From Bacteroidales bacterium (lineage in GTDB: Bacteria; Bacteroidota; Bacteroidia; Bacteroidales; UBA3824), in assembly GCA_017962175.1 (NCBI GenBank), contig JAGCVU010000003.1, positions 21 to 64,020 of the forward strand: a stretch of DNA of 64,000 nt, written 5' to 3'. Below the pieces are notes generated by a model. The model was not told where the DNA came from, did no database searches, and saw only the letters and a list, made by a program, of their open reading frames with translations. The translations under genes were made by a program, and so were the position numbers. Positions 25,841 through 36,036 of the stretch are shown here, piece after piece (the stretch's first letter is position 1; the number at the start of each line of letters is the position of its first letter).

Positions 25841-26560
25841 TTATTGTTCTTTTTTCTTAGCTCTAACTGTTGCCATAAATTTAAGTGTGGTGGCAGTTTC
25901 GGCAAAGATGGTGTTGTATGATTTTACCAATTCGGTTTCGCTGCCGCCAAGGCAGTCCTGGGCATATTTTATTGATGTGAGCAGTTTTTGAATATTTTTT
26001 ACCACCGTGTCGCGGGCTGTTACCACGGCCTTGCTTTTATCTACTTTAACATCCACGCGCGAATTGATTGTGGAGCGGTATTCCTCCACTATCGACTCCA
26101 TGTCGGCAAGAATGGCGGCGGCGCCTATGGTTTCAAAATCTTCGGCGGGAAGTTGCTTCAAACTTGAAAGCACGTTTTCCAACTTTGAAATAGCCTCGCT
26201 TTTGAGCGCAAACACTGTGGTGATTTTTATAAATTTGGGTTCAATTTTGGCAGCAGCCTTGCCCTGAGCCTCAATGCCGCTGTTTTTAGCTGTGGTGATG
26301 CAGCCGTTGAGCGCAGTGTAACGTTTTTTGAGCGTGTCTAAGTACTGTTGCGAAAGCACTGTGGTTTGTGTAGTTTTTTCCTTGGTTTTGGCATCGGTAA
26401 ATATGGTAGCCGATTTTTTAAGCTCGGCAATCATCTCTTTGGTCACCTTTTCTTTGGCAACTCCACCAGCCTTTACAAGTTTTGCTACTAATTCGGAGAG
26501 CATGTCTGTTCTCATTCGGTGTATTGATACACCTGACATTGATATTTGTACGTTTGACAT
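25841..26560 (-). CDS. hypothetical all-helical Lys/Ala/Thr-rich protein
   Basis: 239 aa ORF with no signal peptide or TM segment and its own terminator. It is divergent from the giant adhesin gene. No motif recognised. Confidence 0.55.
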   Translation of the reverse strand: MSNVQISMSGVSIHRMRTDMLSELVAKLVKAGGVAKEKVTKEMIAELKKSATIFTDAKTKEKTTQTTVLSQQYLDTLKKRYTALNGCITTAKNSGIEAQGKAAAKIEPKFIKITTVFALKSEAISKLENVLSSLKQLPAEDFETIGAAAILADMESIVEEYRSTINSRVDVKVDKSKAVVTARDTVVKNIQKLLTSIKYAQDCLGGSETELVKSYNTIFAETATTLKFMATVRAKKKEQ

Positions 26561-26680
26561 AAATTAATTTTAATAATTAAATTATAAATTTCATTTGCTA
26601 CAAAAGTAAAACAAATAATAATTATATGCAAATAAAATGTACAAAATATTAAAAATAAATTAATTTTTTTTGAGTCAGGT

Positions 26681-26694
26681 GATACAATGTATAG
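26681..26694. promoter_or_regulatory. operator-like 14-mer GATACAATGTATAG (palindromic core ATACA-A-TGTAT), copy 1
   Basis: An exact second copy lies at 26852-26865. ATACAAT half-sites also occur near 26724 and 27023. Confidence 0.35.
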
Positions 26695-26805
26695 TCTCGC
26701 TTGTAATTTTGCTCATTTTATCTTATACAATATACTGATTTATATAATTTTTGATTAATTGTATTATATGATTGGTATAGTCTAATATATTAATATTTAG
26801 TTGCA

Positions 26806-26813
26806 TACATTTG
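26806..26813 (+). promoter_or_regulatory. candidate -7 box TACATTTG in the long AT-rich region upstream of the giant gene
   Basis: The only exact TAnnTTTG match I found on the plus strand in 26561-27215. It would imply a leader of about 400 nt. Confidence 0.3.
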
Positions 26814-26851
26814 TGTTTGTAGATTGTGTTTAAAATATTATAAATACATTA

Positions 26852-26865
26852 GATACAATGTATAG
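26852..26865. promoter_or_regulatory. operator-like 14-mer GATACAATGTATAG, copy 2
   Basis: Exact repeat of 26681-26694, 171 bp downstream. Confidence 0.35.
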
Positions 26866-27215
26866 ATAATTATGTTGTATGATAAATGCACCCCTTTGCG
26901 TGCGTAACTGACAGACACTTATTGATTTTGTATATAATGCAATCCTTTATAATGCTCCGCCTACTATATATGCATATAATTGCGCCACGAAAACGATATA
27001 ATTGTTTATATCTTGCTGTAAATACAATAGGTTAGCGTTTTTGGCTTGCTGTATTTTGTATGTTTTGCTCAACCATTAGTACACTGCGTTTTACGCGTTG
27101 TATTGATGGCGTCAATTAACCTAAATTTCAAACAGCAGGTGCAACAATTTGCACATAAATTGTGTTTATACCTATAGAATAGATTGTGCAAATTCATAAC
27201 CTTGTGTTTAACATA

Positions 27216-27275
27216 ATGAAAACAACCATGAAAACGACCAAATATACAACCATGAAGACTATCATGAAAATATTA
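27216..27275 (+). repeat. 12-nt tandem repeat carrying four in-frame ATG-AAR starts
   Basis: ATGAAAACAACC ATGAAAACGACC AAATATACAACC ATGAAGACTATC ATGAAAATATTA encodes MKTT MKTT KYTT MKTI MKIL. Confidence 0.85.
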
Positions 27276-30200
27276 GCCGTGATGATGATTACAGGCATCT
27301 GTAGCGGCGTATACGCACAGCAAGTGTATTACTCGTGGAACTCGGGCGATTGGAATGCTACCGGAGCTAACGGCACTTGGAGCCTTAATTCTTCCGAGAT
27401 GCTTCCTGCTACAGTGCCCCCCACAGCCAACGACGAAGTATATATAGATGAGTCAGTTACCATTTCCACAGCAAATGCTGTTGCCAAAAAAGTGCATCTT
27501 AATTCTAGCCTCACGATAAGTGGCGGAGTACCACAATTTGAAGAACTTGTGGGCAATGGCAATATATTTCTTACCGGCGACAATTATCCTCAAGTGTCGG
27601 GTAATGATTATTTTACCGGAATGGTGGCACTTACAGGTCCGTTTGCAATGAACCGATATGTAGAAAATTACAAAAACCTATCGTTCAACATTCTGAGCGG
27701 AGTGGTTGAATTCAAAAACTCCAACCTCCAAATTGGTACTCTCCGTATAACCGGCGGCGGTGCTACTATTAGCAAAGCCTTAGAGGTAATGGACGATATT
27801 GCGGTGGCTGAAGGTTGCACCTTTTCAAGCTCTGCAACATTGAAACTAAACGGCAATTTATGGTCATCAGGTTCTTCTGTGTCGTTTGACGGCGATTTTG
27901 TCTTTGCCTCGCAAGACCGCAACCAAACTCTTACACTTAAGTCGGCAGCACATTTCTCAAAAATTATAATCAACAAAGGCACTACCAACTATTACGCCGA
28001 CATTATGGCAGATGCCACCGGTTTGCTTGATTTGTCAGATGATGCTATTGATTTGCAAAGCGGCTCTTTTGTGGTTGGATCTAATATCACAATAAATGAC
28101 TTGAGCAAAAATAGAGATTTTACCATTCCTGCCAATGCTGAATTAAAAGTATCAGGCGGTACGGTAAACTCTACTCGTGATATAAATGTGTCGGGAGCTT
28201 TGAGCGTAACAAGTGGTTCGTTAAACACCAGCAACAATACTATCAAACTCAACGGCGGTTCGTTTAACATCAACGGCGGACAATCTTCTGTTAAAGATGT
28301 TATGGACAATAATCAAGCAAGTATTTTCTCGCAGTCGGCAGGCACTATTACAATGGAAAAGTTGGAGCTTACCTCTGCTAACTCTACATTCAAAACTTCG
28401 GGCGGTAGTATGACTATCAGTCGAGATCTTAAACTCACCTGCAACCACGCCGTTACAGGAGGTACTATTATTAAAGATGTCAACGATGGTAATTTTACCA
28501 TTAGCGTTCCGCTTTATAACCTTACTATTAATAAAGGTGTGAACTTCAACAACAGCAGCTTCGAAATCAGAGGCAACCTTTCCATTGCCGACAACCTCAA
28601 TATCGGATTCAACGACAGGGACATCTCTATTGCCGGCAACCTGACATTGGGCACTGGCGCACAGATGTCGAATATGCGCTCCATCACTTTCGAAGGCTCG
28701 CGAAACTCTGAAATCAATATTCCGGCGGCGTTCACATTCCCCAAAAAAATGATTGTGGATAAATCGGGCAACCATTCTGTGATTATCAATGGCGCTGACG
28801 TAACAGTTACCGAAGATTTAAGCGTACTTGCCGGCAATCTCAATGCCAACGGCAACGCAATTAATGCGCTTAGCAACGTAACCAACGATGGCAATATAGT
28901 AGGAACATTAAATCTTAATGGCGACAACAAAACCATCTCCGGCTCTGGTACATTCGATATTATCAATCAAAATGTAGCCACAATAACACTTGACAGCAGG
29001 ATAACAGCCAACAGATACGATTTCACCGCTGGCAAATGTTATCTCAATTCGTATGTAGTTACCCTTAAAGAGGGCACCAACGGAGGCGCCGACCATTATT
29101 TTGTAAACGATGGCGACAAGGCTTCGGCGGGTCTCTGCCTTAATGTGCAAGGAGGCAGCTTCAACGCAAATCAAAATGTTGCAGAATGGCCTATTGGTAC
29201 AAGCACATACTACGCTCCGGCTTATGTGGTGGCAAAAGAATCCGCCACATTCTTCAATGAGTATATCACTATGGGCGCGGTTGGCAAGCAGCATCCGTGC
29301 TTGAAAACCGCTAACGGCGAAAACCTTCCGTGCTATTGGACTGTAAAAACAGAGAACAAGAATACTTGTCAGTTTATTTTGAAGTTCGACTATCCTAGCC
29401 AGGTAGTTCAACCGTTAACATCATTGGCATTGTTAGACAATTCTGAATGGGTTGAGTCTGATATAATGCGGCAAGATTATGAAGGCGACCCAGTACCCTG
29501 TGGAGTTAAAACGACTTCAAAAAAAGGATGGGTGTATACCGTTGCTACAGGTAATTATTCTAAAAAGACGACCACCGTGAAAAATGTATATGAATGTGGC
29601 GAAGGACCTGCTGATTATATTGTTTATACTGATCGTACTCTAACTTTTAGTGGTTGGTCTTACCAAACACCCACATCTTATTGGAATCAACCGAAAATGA
29701 ACCCAACATCTGCCACTACATTTGGTATTGACAACACATCTATTAATTTTAATAATTGTACGGAGAGCGCAACTCTTAAATCCGGCGACTATACCGCCGG
29801 TGTGAAGAAGAATTCTGAAGGAATGCGCATTTTGATTGCATCTGCTGAATCTAATACCTCCGCAACTGTCATAGGATTTTATTCCAGCGATTGGAGAATA
29901 TATGGAACCAGCACTCCTGCTACACCACAGGCTGGCGATATTTGTATTATCGAAGGATATACCTTTGTAAATGCAGCTGATGCTATCAACAATGTAGGTA
30001 AAATTATTTTTCAATATCGTGAAGGTCAATCAGAATTGGGTCGTCTCCGTATTAGTGTAACAGGCTGTAAGGCAGGTTCAATATCGGGCAAGGGCGAAAT
30101 TCAGTTTATGAACGACAATTCGTTCTATCTTGATGCCGACTGTTCGGAGTTTGATGCCAATGATGAAAGTTTCTACCATTTTTCACCTAACAGCTCCAAC

Positions 30201-33200
30201 AATTATAGATTCCATCTTGATCATGATGGAGTCTTCCCGAATGTTACCATAGAGCATAATAGTGATGATGAAAATGCCATATTTATTTATGACAGAGATC
30301 TTTATGTTAGGAATATACTCAACCTTATGGGAACCTCTTCGCTCAAGCTTGATGGTCATAATGTTTATTGTGGCACATTGGCTATGGGTGGCTATGGCGG
30401 TGCTAACGTTTATTTTACCCCCGGCAACAGCGATGAGCTCGTTGTTGGCGATATCGACTTTGATTTCAAACATAATGTTAGTGCCGACAATGGCAGATAT
30501 AATAACAAACTTATTTCTTTAGCAGCAACAGGTAATGGTGGTAACTCGCACAACAAACTTATTATTACAGGCAATATTGTTAACAAAATACAAGAGCCTT
30601 TAAAGAACGAAAGACTTAATAATAAACCAAATATTTATGTTGGTTTAGATTTGTACAACACCAACGACTATGTAGAGCTTTGGTTTGCAGGTGATGAAAA
30701 TCAAATTGTTGATGTTAAAACCTCAAACTTCAAGTTCAACGTCAAGCAGATGGTCATCGACAAAGAACCAGGTAGTTCCATAAAACTTTCGGATGTTAAG
30801 GTTAATTTCAACGATGGTCTTGCTGGTGGCGAAACCGACAAAAAAACTCTTGTCTTGAAGAGCGGCGAAGTTATTTTTGACGTCGAGGGTCAGACTGTTC
30901 CGTTGAGCAAAGAAGGACAGAATAATAAACATTACGACTTTGTTATTCCCGAAGACGCAACTTTAACAGCCAACAAAGGTGTTACTCTCAATGTTACAAG
31001 CTGCAAAACGGGTATAACACTGGCAGGCACTCTCAATCTCAACGATGATGCTAAGTTGAAAAACGAAGGACATTTCTATTATCGACTTACCAACAAAACC
31101 ATTCTTAATATTGCCAAGGCTGAATTTGAATCTAAGGGAGATTTTTGCCCCGATCCGTCTACTGCTTCTGGTAGAATTAAGTGGAATATAACATCTCAAA
31201 ATGCTTTGGTTAAAATTGGCGGTGCTGAATGTGGATACGTTACATCAAATTCTCAGATAGATATCGCAGAGGAAAGCGAAATAACTATTCCAGAGGGTGC
31301 TGAAATCAATTTTATAGGCAATTCTCAAAATACTACTATCTTTAATGTGGGTATTGCTACCGATGCGGATTGTAAATTTGGACCCGACGGTGATCCTATT
31401 GCTACTAAATTCGTATTCCAAAATGGTAAGTTTGAGATTACATCAACACCATCATTGCCTAATTTGCTTATGCAAAATACAGAAGTAATTTTGCAAACTC
31501 TTCCGCTCAAAGTGTTAGGCGATTTGACTTTGAAAAATACTGCCACTCTTGATGCTAATGGTAAAGATATTGATTTCAAAGGTCAATATTTTACCATCGA
31601 AGGTGAAGATACTTTTACACCCCACGGTAATAAAGTGACTTTCAGCGGTACAGATCAGTCGGTGAGTGGTTCTACTATCAAATTCTATGATGTTACTATA
31701 TCTAATACGAGTGGACAAGTAGAATTTATATATCCTCACATTATTACCAATGAATTGAAAATTACCGAAGGTGCTAATCTTCACGACACCGGCGCAGGAT
31801 TTCCCATCACTGTAGAAACCAAGTACACAAATAATCACGGTACATATTCAGGCGAGGGTGGTATTGCTCTCAACAGTGGCGATCAAGATCATACTATAAA
31901 TGTGTTGTGCAGTGGCAACACTTCTAAACTTATTGTCAACAACGAAGAAGGCGTGGTTGTAAATGACAGCGGTGAAGACCTCACAATTGATAAATCTCTC
32001 GTTATCCAAAACGGTGTGCTCGATATGATGACCACCACTCTTGTACTTGGTAAAGAGGTGACTACCGTTGAAGGAGAGAACTTCGGTATTAACAAAATGA
32101 TTGTGTTTGAATCGTCAAACACACGAAGCGGTGTTAAAAAAATATTCAGCGGCGATGGTACTGAGTCCGAAGTTTTGATGCCTATTGGCGTTACCGGCAA
32201 GTACACACCCGCCACTATCCACCTGTCAGCAATTACCCCCGATGCATCTATCATGATTTCACCGGTTGACGGCTATCATCCTGCTATTGTGGAAGATCAA
32301 GAGTATGGCGATGAAGATTTTAACTTGCCCGACCAAGCTAACTCATTGAAATTTTATTGGGATGTTGTTGCCAATGGAGTGCAAAATTTTAACGGTTGGC
32401 TTGTGTTCCACAACCACAAGGAAGACTATTCAGCACCCAATAAGGGACAATATGGTTACGACCATTATGTGGCAGCACGTCTGCTACATGACTATGTGGA
32501 GTGGGATAAAGATCATATTCTTACCGATTCGTACGATAAGGGTGAAATTATTTTCAAAGATAATTTCACCATGGAGAATGATGCCACCATCACTGGTCAG
32601 TATACTGCAGGTCTTGTTGACGATAACGGTATTGGCTCTATTCCCGGCAAACTCAAAGTATACGTAACCAAACAAAGCGGTGATTGGAACAAAGCTGCTA
32701 CTTGGGCTGTTGCCAAACTTAATGGAAGCAAGATTTATCTCGAAGATGGTGATGCTGTGGAAGATAATAATACAAATCTTACAGTACCTGTAGAAGGTCC
32801 TGAACGCGGCTCTATTGTATTCGTATACCATAATGTTGACGTTAAGCACAATGGTATCAATGTGTTTAGAACCACTATCGGACGAAATTCTGATGAAGAA
32901 CAAGGCAAGGTTTTCCTTAATAAAACCAAGAGCCACCGTTTTGGCGTAGTAGCCGGCAAGGGTCGCCTTATCACTGAGTCGGGATCGCTTCCCCGCGGAT
33001 TCTACAATTTGTTTGTGGAAGCCGGCGGCGGCACTATCGAGTATGCTGGCTCGGAAAATTATGATGTTAGCATGAATGTATTCAATAATGTTGAGTTCTC
33101 GGGTTCGGGCAATCGCACCCTTGGTCCCGCCGACTTGATGGTTAACGGTAATTTTACAGCCAATGGCACTATGAGTATCATCAACTTAAGTGGTGCTACA

Positions 33201-36011
33201 TGGAATCTTCATGGCAACTTGGTTTACAATGGTGGTACTTTTATTGCTCCCACCGAGGGTACTATTAGTGTCATCAGAATGTGTGGCAACAATGAACAAA
33301 AAATTTATTCTAAAGATTTAAGTAAGATTGAAAAATTGCAAATCAATATTTTAGAGATTAATAACTCATCGCCTGAGGGTGTGGATGTTGTAATACCTAT
33401 TGATATTGTTCAGCATATCACGTTCGACAAAGGCGTGCTTAATGTCGACGACTTAAATGGTGGTGAGTTGCGTATTGTTGAATCTAATCCGGATGTTGAC
33501 GAAACTGTTAAAAATTACGATGTTAATAAGTTTATCAACGGTCCGCTTACCAAAAAGATACTTGCCAACGACTCTTGGACATTCCCTGTGGGTAGCCATT
33601 TAAACTGCGAAAAGATGACTGAGGTAAATCGTCTTGGACATTTTACGGTATACAACTATATTCCTACCGACAATAGTGGTTTTGGTTATGTAACAGTGCG
33701 TTACTTGTACAAACCTCACGACGAGAGTGGCAATACCGAAAAGTATGGCGCAGGTATTCTCGGTGTGGATAAATCTGAATATTGGACTGTAACTCCTACT
33801 ACAGCATCTACATTCGGTCTTAAGCTTCGTTGGGACGAAGTTAGCAATATTGCTAACACTGAAGCAGATATTAAGAATGTCTGCATTACCAATTACGATG
33901 GTGATTTGTGGAATAAGATAGAATCTGATGTTCATGCCAACTCTGCATATACTGGTCTTGTTACATCTATTCCTTCTGATATAGAACATCTTAAAGATCA
34001 AGCATATGTTTACACACTTGCCCATACTGGTGCATTAACATTCAATTGGGAAGGTAGTGTTAGCTCCAATTGGTTTGATAGCGACAACTGGAGCGGTCGT
34101 CAAGTGCCTTCGGAATCTGACTATGTAATTGTAGGCAGCCTTGGTCAACCTGATTGGAAATATCCTGTTATCAATACATCTGATAAAGCTAAGGCTAAAT
34201 ATCTGAAACTTACCGGCAATGCCAAACTTACTATTGATCCGCGTGCTCAACTTACAGTTATTACCGATGTGGTGGTAGACAACACAAGTTCACTTTTGCT
34301 TGCTGCTCCTAAAACATCTGTAGACGGCTCAGGCGATCAATCTATCAATCCTGCCGGTTCGTTGATTTACAAAGGTACATTTACCGGCAAACTCACCTTC
34401 CAGCGTTTTGTTCGTTGTTGGGAATATGAGCGTATGTGTGTGCCTGTTACAGGGTACAATGCTAACGTATCTAGCTTTAAATACGCTGCTTATCTCTATG
34501 GATACGACGAAACGTTTGATGTAGGCGGTGATAAATTTACCTATTCTTACGACGATACAGAATACTCAACAGACGATAATCCCTTGATTTTGGCTAAGGG
34601 TTGGTACAAATACGGTAATGATTATCCCAAAACTAACGATGTTACCGTGCCTTACCGCTATTTGAGCAGCAGCAAGTTGCCTGCTCATATACTCTCGTTT
34701 ACAGGTACACCTTTGCCTGATGGTAGCCAAAGCATTGTTACTACGGTTAATTTCACCAGCAACGACCGTGTGACTTCTTCGGGTTCTGCTCAAGATATGC
34801 TCGACGGATGGAACTTTGTGGCCAACCCGTTTGTATCGGCAGTGGATGCCGAGGCTCTCAAATTCCACAATGTGGATGCCACTATCTATCTGCACAATAG
34901 CAAAACAAATACTCCTATAGCATATTCGATCAACGGTGGTTTGCAACTTGGCGTTGTTACCGAAGATGAATATCGTTATATTCCCGCAGGTCAAAGCTTC
35001 TTTGTACATGCTACCGCTCAGGCTGCTCAAAACAATGGTACTGTAGAGTTCCCCAAAGAGAGCCGCAGTCATGGCAATTCAAAAACCGTGTTGAAATCAG
35101 GCAACCAACCGAGCAACAAAGGCATTGAAAAAATAGTATTCAAGACCACCGGCGGCGATTATGATTATCAAAGCTTGGTATATTTTGCAGCTGATGCTAC
35201 CGAGGCATTCGACTCTAAGTACGATGCTTATATGGTTTCGGCTTCTGCACCCAAATTACTCTCGTTTTACACTTACGGAAGCGACGAGAAAGTGGCTCTC
35301 ACTGCCAACGGTCTTCCTTTTGAGGTAAAAGACGGCGGCGAAGTTCGTATAGGATATTCTACCGTTACAGCAGGCACATACCGACTCACATTTCCGGTGT
35401 TGACTGTTGACGATGTTGATGTATATTTAGAAGATGCTCAAGAAGGTACTTCTACCAAACTTTCTGAAGGATTCTCTACTAAGATTGATGTGGAGGCTGG
35501 AAGCAACAAAACAAGATTTAAACTTGTTTTCCGCCAGAAACCCGAAGAACCTGTAGTGGTAGATCCTATTGTGGTAATACCCAGCGATCCTATTGAGGTT
35601 CCTGAAGAGCCTGTAATTGTTGACCCTGTGGTTATCAATCCGACGGTTCCCGATGTTACCGAGCCTGAAGATTTGCAGCCTGAAGTTAAACCTCTTCCCG
35701 AACCCTTCGACGATGGCGAATTGATGCATCTTTATCCGTCAGACCAGAGCGAAACCGACGTTGAGCGCGACATTCGTGTGAATGTTTACCCTGTGCCTTC
35801 GTATGGTGTGGTAACAGTTTCGCTTGGCGAGCTTATTCAGGAGACAGGCTCTGTCAAGATAGTAGTGGCAAGCATCTCGGGTCGTGTGGTTGTCAACAAG
35901 ACCGTAGCCGACGACCTTGTGGAAATTGACCTGACAGGTCGCCCGGGAGTATACATCGTAAGGATGATGACACCCACCAAGACAATAGTGAAGCGGATAG
36001 TAATTGAATAG
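27216..36011 (+). CDS. giant (about 2,930 aa) T9SS-secreted adhesin-like protein, predicted beta-helical, with a Pro/Val/Glu linker and a T9SS C-terminal sorting domain
   Basis: Uninterrupted 8.8 kb ORF. Signal peptide MKILAVMMITGICSGVYAQQ. SWNSGDWN...W and NWFDSDNWSGRQVPSESDYVIV motifs, and many short G/N/T/L-rich turns. Linker EEPVVVDPIVVIPSDPIEVPEEPVIVDPVVINP. CTD VNVYPVPSYGVVTVSL...GVYIVRMMTPTKTIVKRIVIE. The exact start (27216, 27228, 27252 or 27264) is uncertain. Confidence 0.85.
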   Translation: MKTTMKTTKYTTMKTIMKILAVMMITGICSGVYAQQVYYSWNSGDWNATGANGTWSLNSSEMLPATVPPTANDEVYIDESVTISTANAVAKKVHLNSSLTISGGVPQFEELVGNGNIFLTGDNYPQVSGNDYFTGMVALTGPFAMNRYVENYKNLSFNILSGVVEFKNSNLQIGTLRITGGGATISKALEVMDDIAVAEGCTFSSSATLKLNGNLWSSGSSVSFDGDFVFASQDRNQTLTLKSAAHFSKIIINKGTTNYYADIMADATGLLDLSDDAIDLQSGSFVVGSNITINDLSKNRDFTIPANAELKVSGGTVNSTRDINVSGALSVTSGSLNTSNNTIKLNGGSFNINGGQSSVKDVMDNNQASIFSQSAGTITMEKLELTSANSTFKTSGGSMTISRDLKLTCNHAVTGGTIIKDVNDGNFTISVPLYNLTINKGVNFNNSSFEIRGNLSIADNLNIGFNDRDISIAGNLTLGTGAQMSNMRSITFEGSRNSEINIPAAFTFPKKMIVDKSGNHSVIINGADVTVTEDLSVLAGNLNANGNAINALSNVTNDGNIVGTLNLNGDNKTISGSGTFDIINQNVATITLDSRITANRYDFTAGKCYLNSYVVTLKEGTNGGADHYFVNDGDKASAGLCLNVQGGSFNANQNVAEWPIGTSTYYAPAYVVAKESATFFNEYITMGAVGKQHPCLKTANGENLPCYWTVKTENKNTCQFILKFDYPSQVVQPLTSLALLDNSEWVESDIMRQDYEGDPVPCGVKTTSKKGWVYTVATGNYSKKTTTVKNVYECGEGPADYIVYTDRTLTFSGWSYQTPTSYWNQPKMNPTSATTFGIDNTSINFNNCTESATLKSGDYTAGVKKNSEGMRILIASAESNTSATVIGFYSSDWRIYGTSTPATPQAGDICIIEGYTFVNAADAINNVGKIIFQYREGQSELGRLRISVTGCKAGSISGKGEIQFMNDNSFYLDADCSEFDANDESFYHFSPNSSNNYRFHLDHDGVFPNVTIEHNSDDENAIFIYDRDLYVRNILNLMGTSSLKLDGHNVYCGTLAMGGYGGANVYFTPGNSDELVVGDIDFDFKHNVSADNGRYNNKLISLAATGNGGNSHNKLIITGNIVNKIQEPLKNERLNNKPNIYVGLDLYNTNDYVELWFAGDENQIVDVKTSNFKFNVKQMVIDKEPGSSIKLSDVKVNFNDGLAGGETDKKTLVLKSGEVIFDVEGQTVPLSKEGQNNKHYDFVIPEDATLTANKGVTLNVTSCKTGITLAGTLNLNDDAKLKNEGHFYYRLTNKTILNIAKAEFESKGDFCPDPSTASGRIKWNITSQNALVKIGGAECGYVTSNSQIDIAEESEITIPEGAEINFIGNSQNTTIFNVGIATDADCKFGPDGDPIATKFVFQNGKFEITSTPSLPNLLMQNTEVILQTLPLKVLGDLTLKNTATLDANGKDIDFKGQYFTIEGEDTFTPHGNKVTFSGTDQSVSGSTIKFYDVTISNTSGQVEFIYPHIITNELKITEGANLHDTGAGFPITVETKYTNNHGTYSGEGGIALNSGDQDHTINVLCSGNTSKLIVNNEEGVVVNDSGEDLTIDKSLVIQNGVLDMMTTTLVLGKEVTTVEGENFGINKMIVFESSNTRSGVKKIFSGDGTESEVLMPIGVTGKYTPATIHLSAITPDASIMISPVDGYHPAIVEDQEYGDEDFNLPDQANSLKFYWDVVANGVQNFNGWLVFHNHKEDYSAPNKGQYGYDHYVAARLLHDYVEWDKDHILTDSYDKGEIIFKDNFTMENDATITGQYTAGLVDDNGIGSIPGKLKVYVTKQSGDWNKAATWAVAKLNGSKIYLEDGDAVEDNNTNLTVPVEGPERGSIVFVYHNVDVKHNGINVFRTTIGRNSDEEQGKVFLNKTKSHRFGVVAGKGRLITESGSLPRGFYNLFVEAGGGTIEYAGSENYDVSMNVFNNVEFSGSGNRTLGPADLMVNGNFTANGTMSIINLSGATWNLHGNLVYNGGTFIAPTEGTISVIRMCGNNEQKIYSKDLSKIEKLQINILEINNSSPEGVDVVIPIDIVQHITFDKGVLNVDDLNGGELRIVESNPDVDETVKNYDVNKFINGPLTKKILANDSWTFPVGSHLNCEKMTEVNRLGHFTVYNYIPTDNSGFGYVTVRYLYKPHDESGNTEKYGAGILGVDKSEYWTVTPTTASTFGLKLRWDEVSNIANTEADIKNVCITNYDGDLWNKIESDVHANSAYTGLVTSIPSDIEHLKDQAYVYTLAHTGALTFNWEGSVSSNWFDSDNWSGRQVPSESDYVIVGSLGQPDWKYPVINTSDKAKAKYLKLTGNAKLTIDPRAQLTVITDVVVDNTSSLLLAAPKTSVDGSGDQSINPAGSLIYKGTFTGKLTFQRFVRCWEYERMCVPVTGYNANVSSFKYAAYLYGYDETFDVGGDKFTYSYDDTEYSTDDNPLILAKGWYKYGNDYPKTNDVTVPYRYLSSSKLPAHILSFTGTPLPDGSQSIVTTVNFTSNDRVTSSGSAQDMLDGWNFVANPFVSAVDAEALKFHNVDATIYLHNSKTNTPIAYSINGGLQLGVVTEDEYRYIPAGQSFFVHATAQAAQNNGTVEFPKESRSHGNSKTVLKSGNQPSNKGIEKIVFKTTGGDYDYQSLVYFAADATEAFDSKYDAYMVSASAPKLLSFYTYGSDEKVALTANGLPFEVKDGGEVRIGYSTVTAGTYRLTFPVLTVDDVDVYLEDAQEGTSTKLSEGFSTKIDVEAGSNKTRFKLVFRQKPEEPVVVDPIVVIPSDPIEVPEEPVIVDPVVINPTVPDVTEPEDLQPEVKPLPEPFDDGELMHLYPSDQSETDVERDIRVNVYPVPSYGVVTVSLGELIQETGSVKIVVASISGRVVVNKTVADDLVEIDLTGRPGVYIVRMMTPTKTIVKRIVIE

Positions 36012-36036
36012 TGATAAATTAGATTTAATAATGAAG

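Noticed and set aside
27186-27215. GTG start at 27186 for the giant gene (MQIHNLVFNI...)
   Set aside because: The ATG cluster at 27216-27266 immediately precedes the signal-peptide core. The 10 extra residues have no n-region character. This cannot be settled without data.
26561-27215. Invertible (phase-variable) promoter upstream of the giant adhesin gene
   Set aside because: No flanking inverted repeats of 15-30 bp were found, and no site-specific recombinase gene is nearby. The repeated 14-mers are direct, not inverted.
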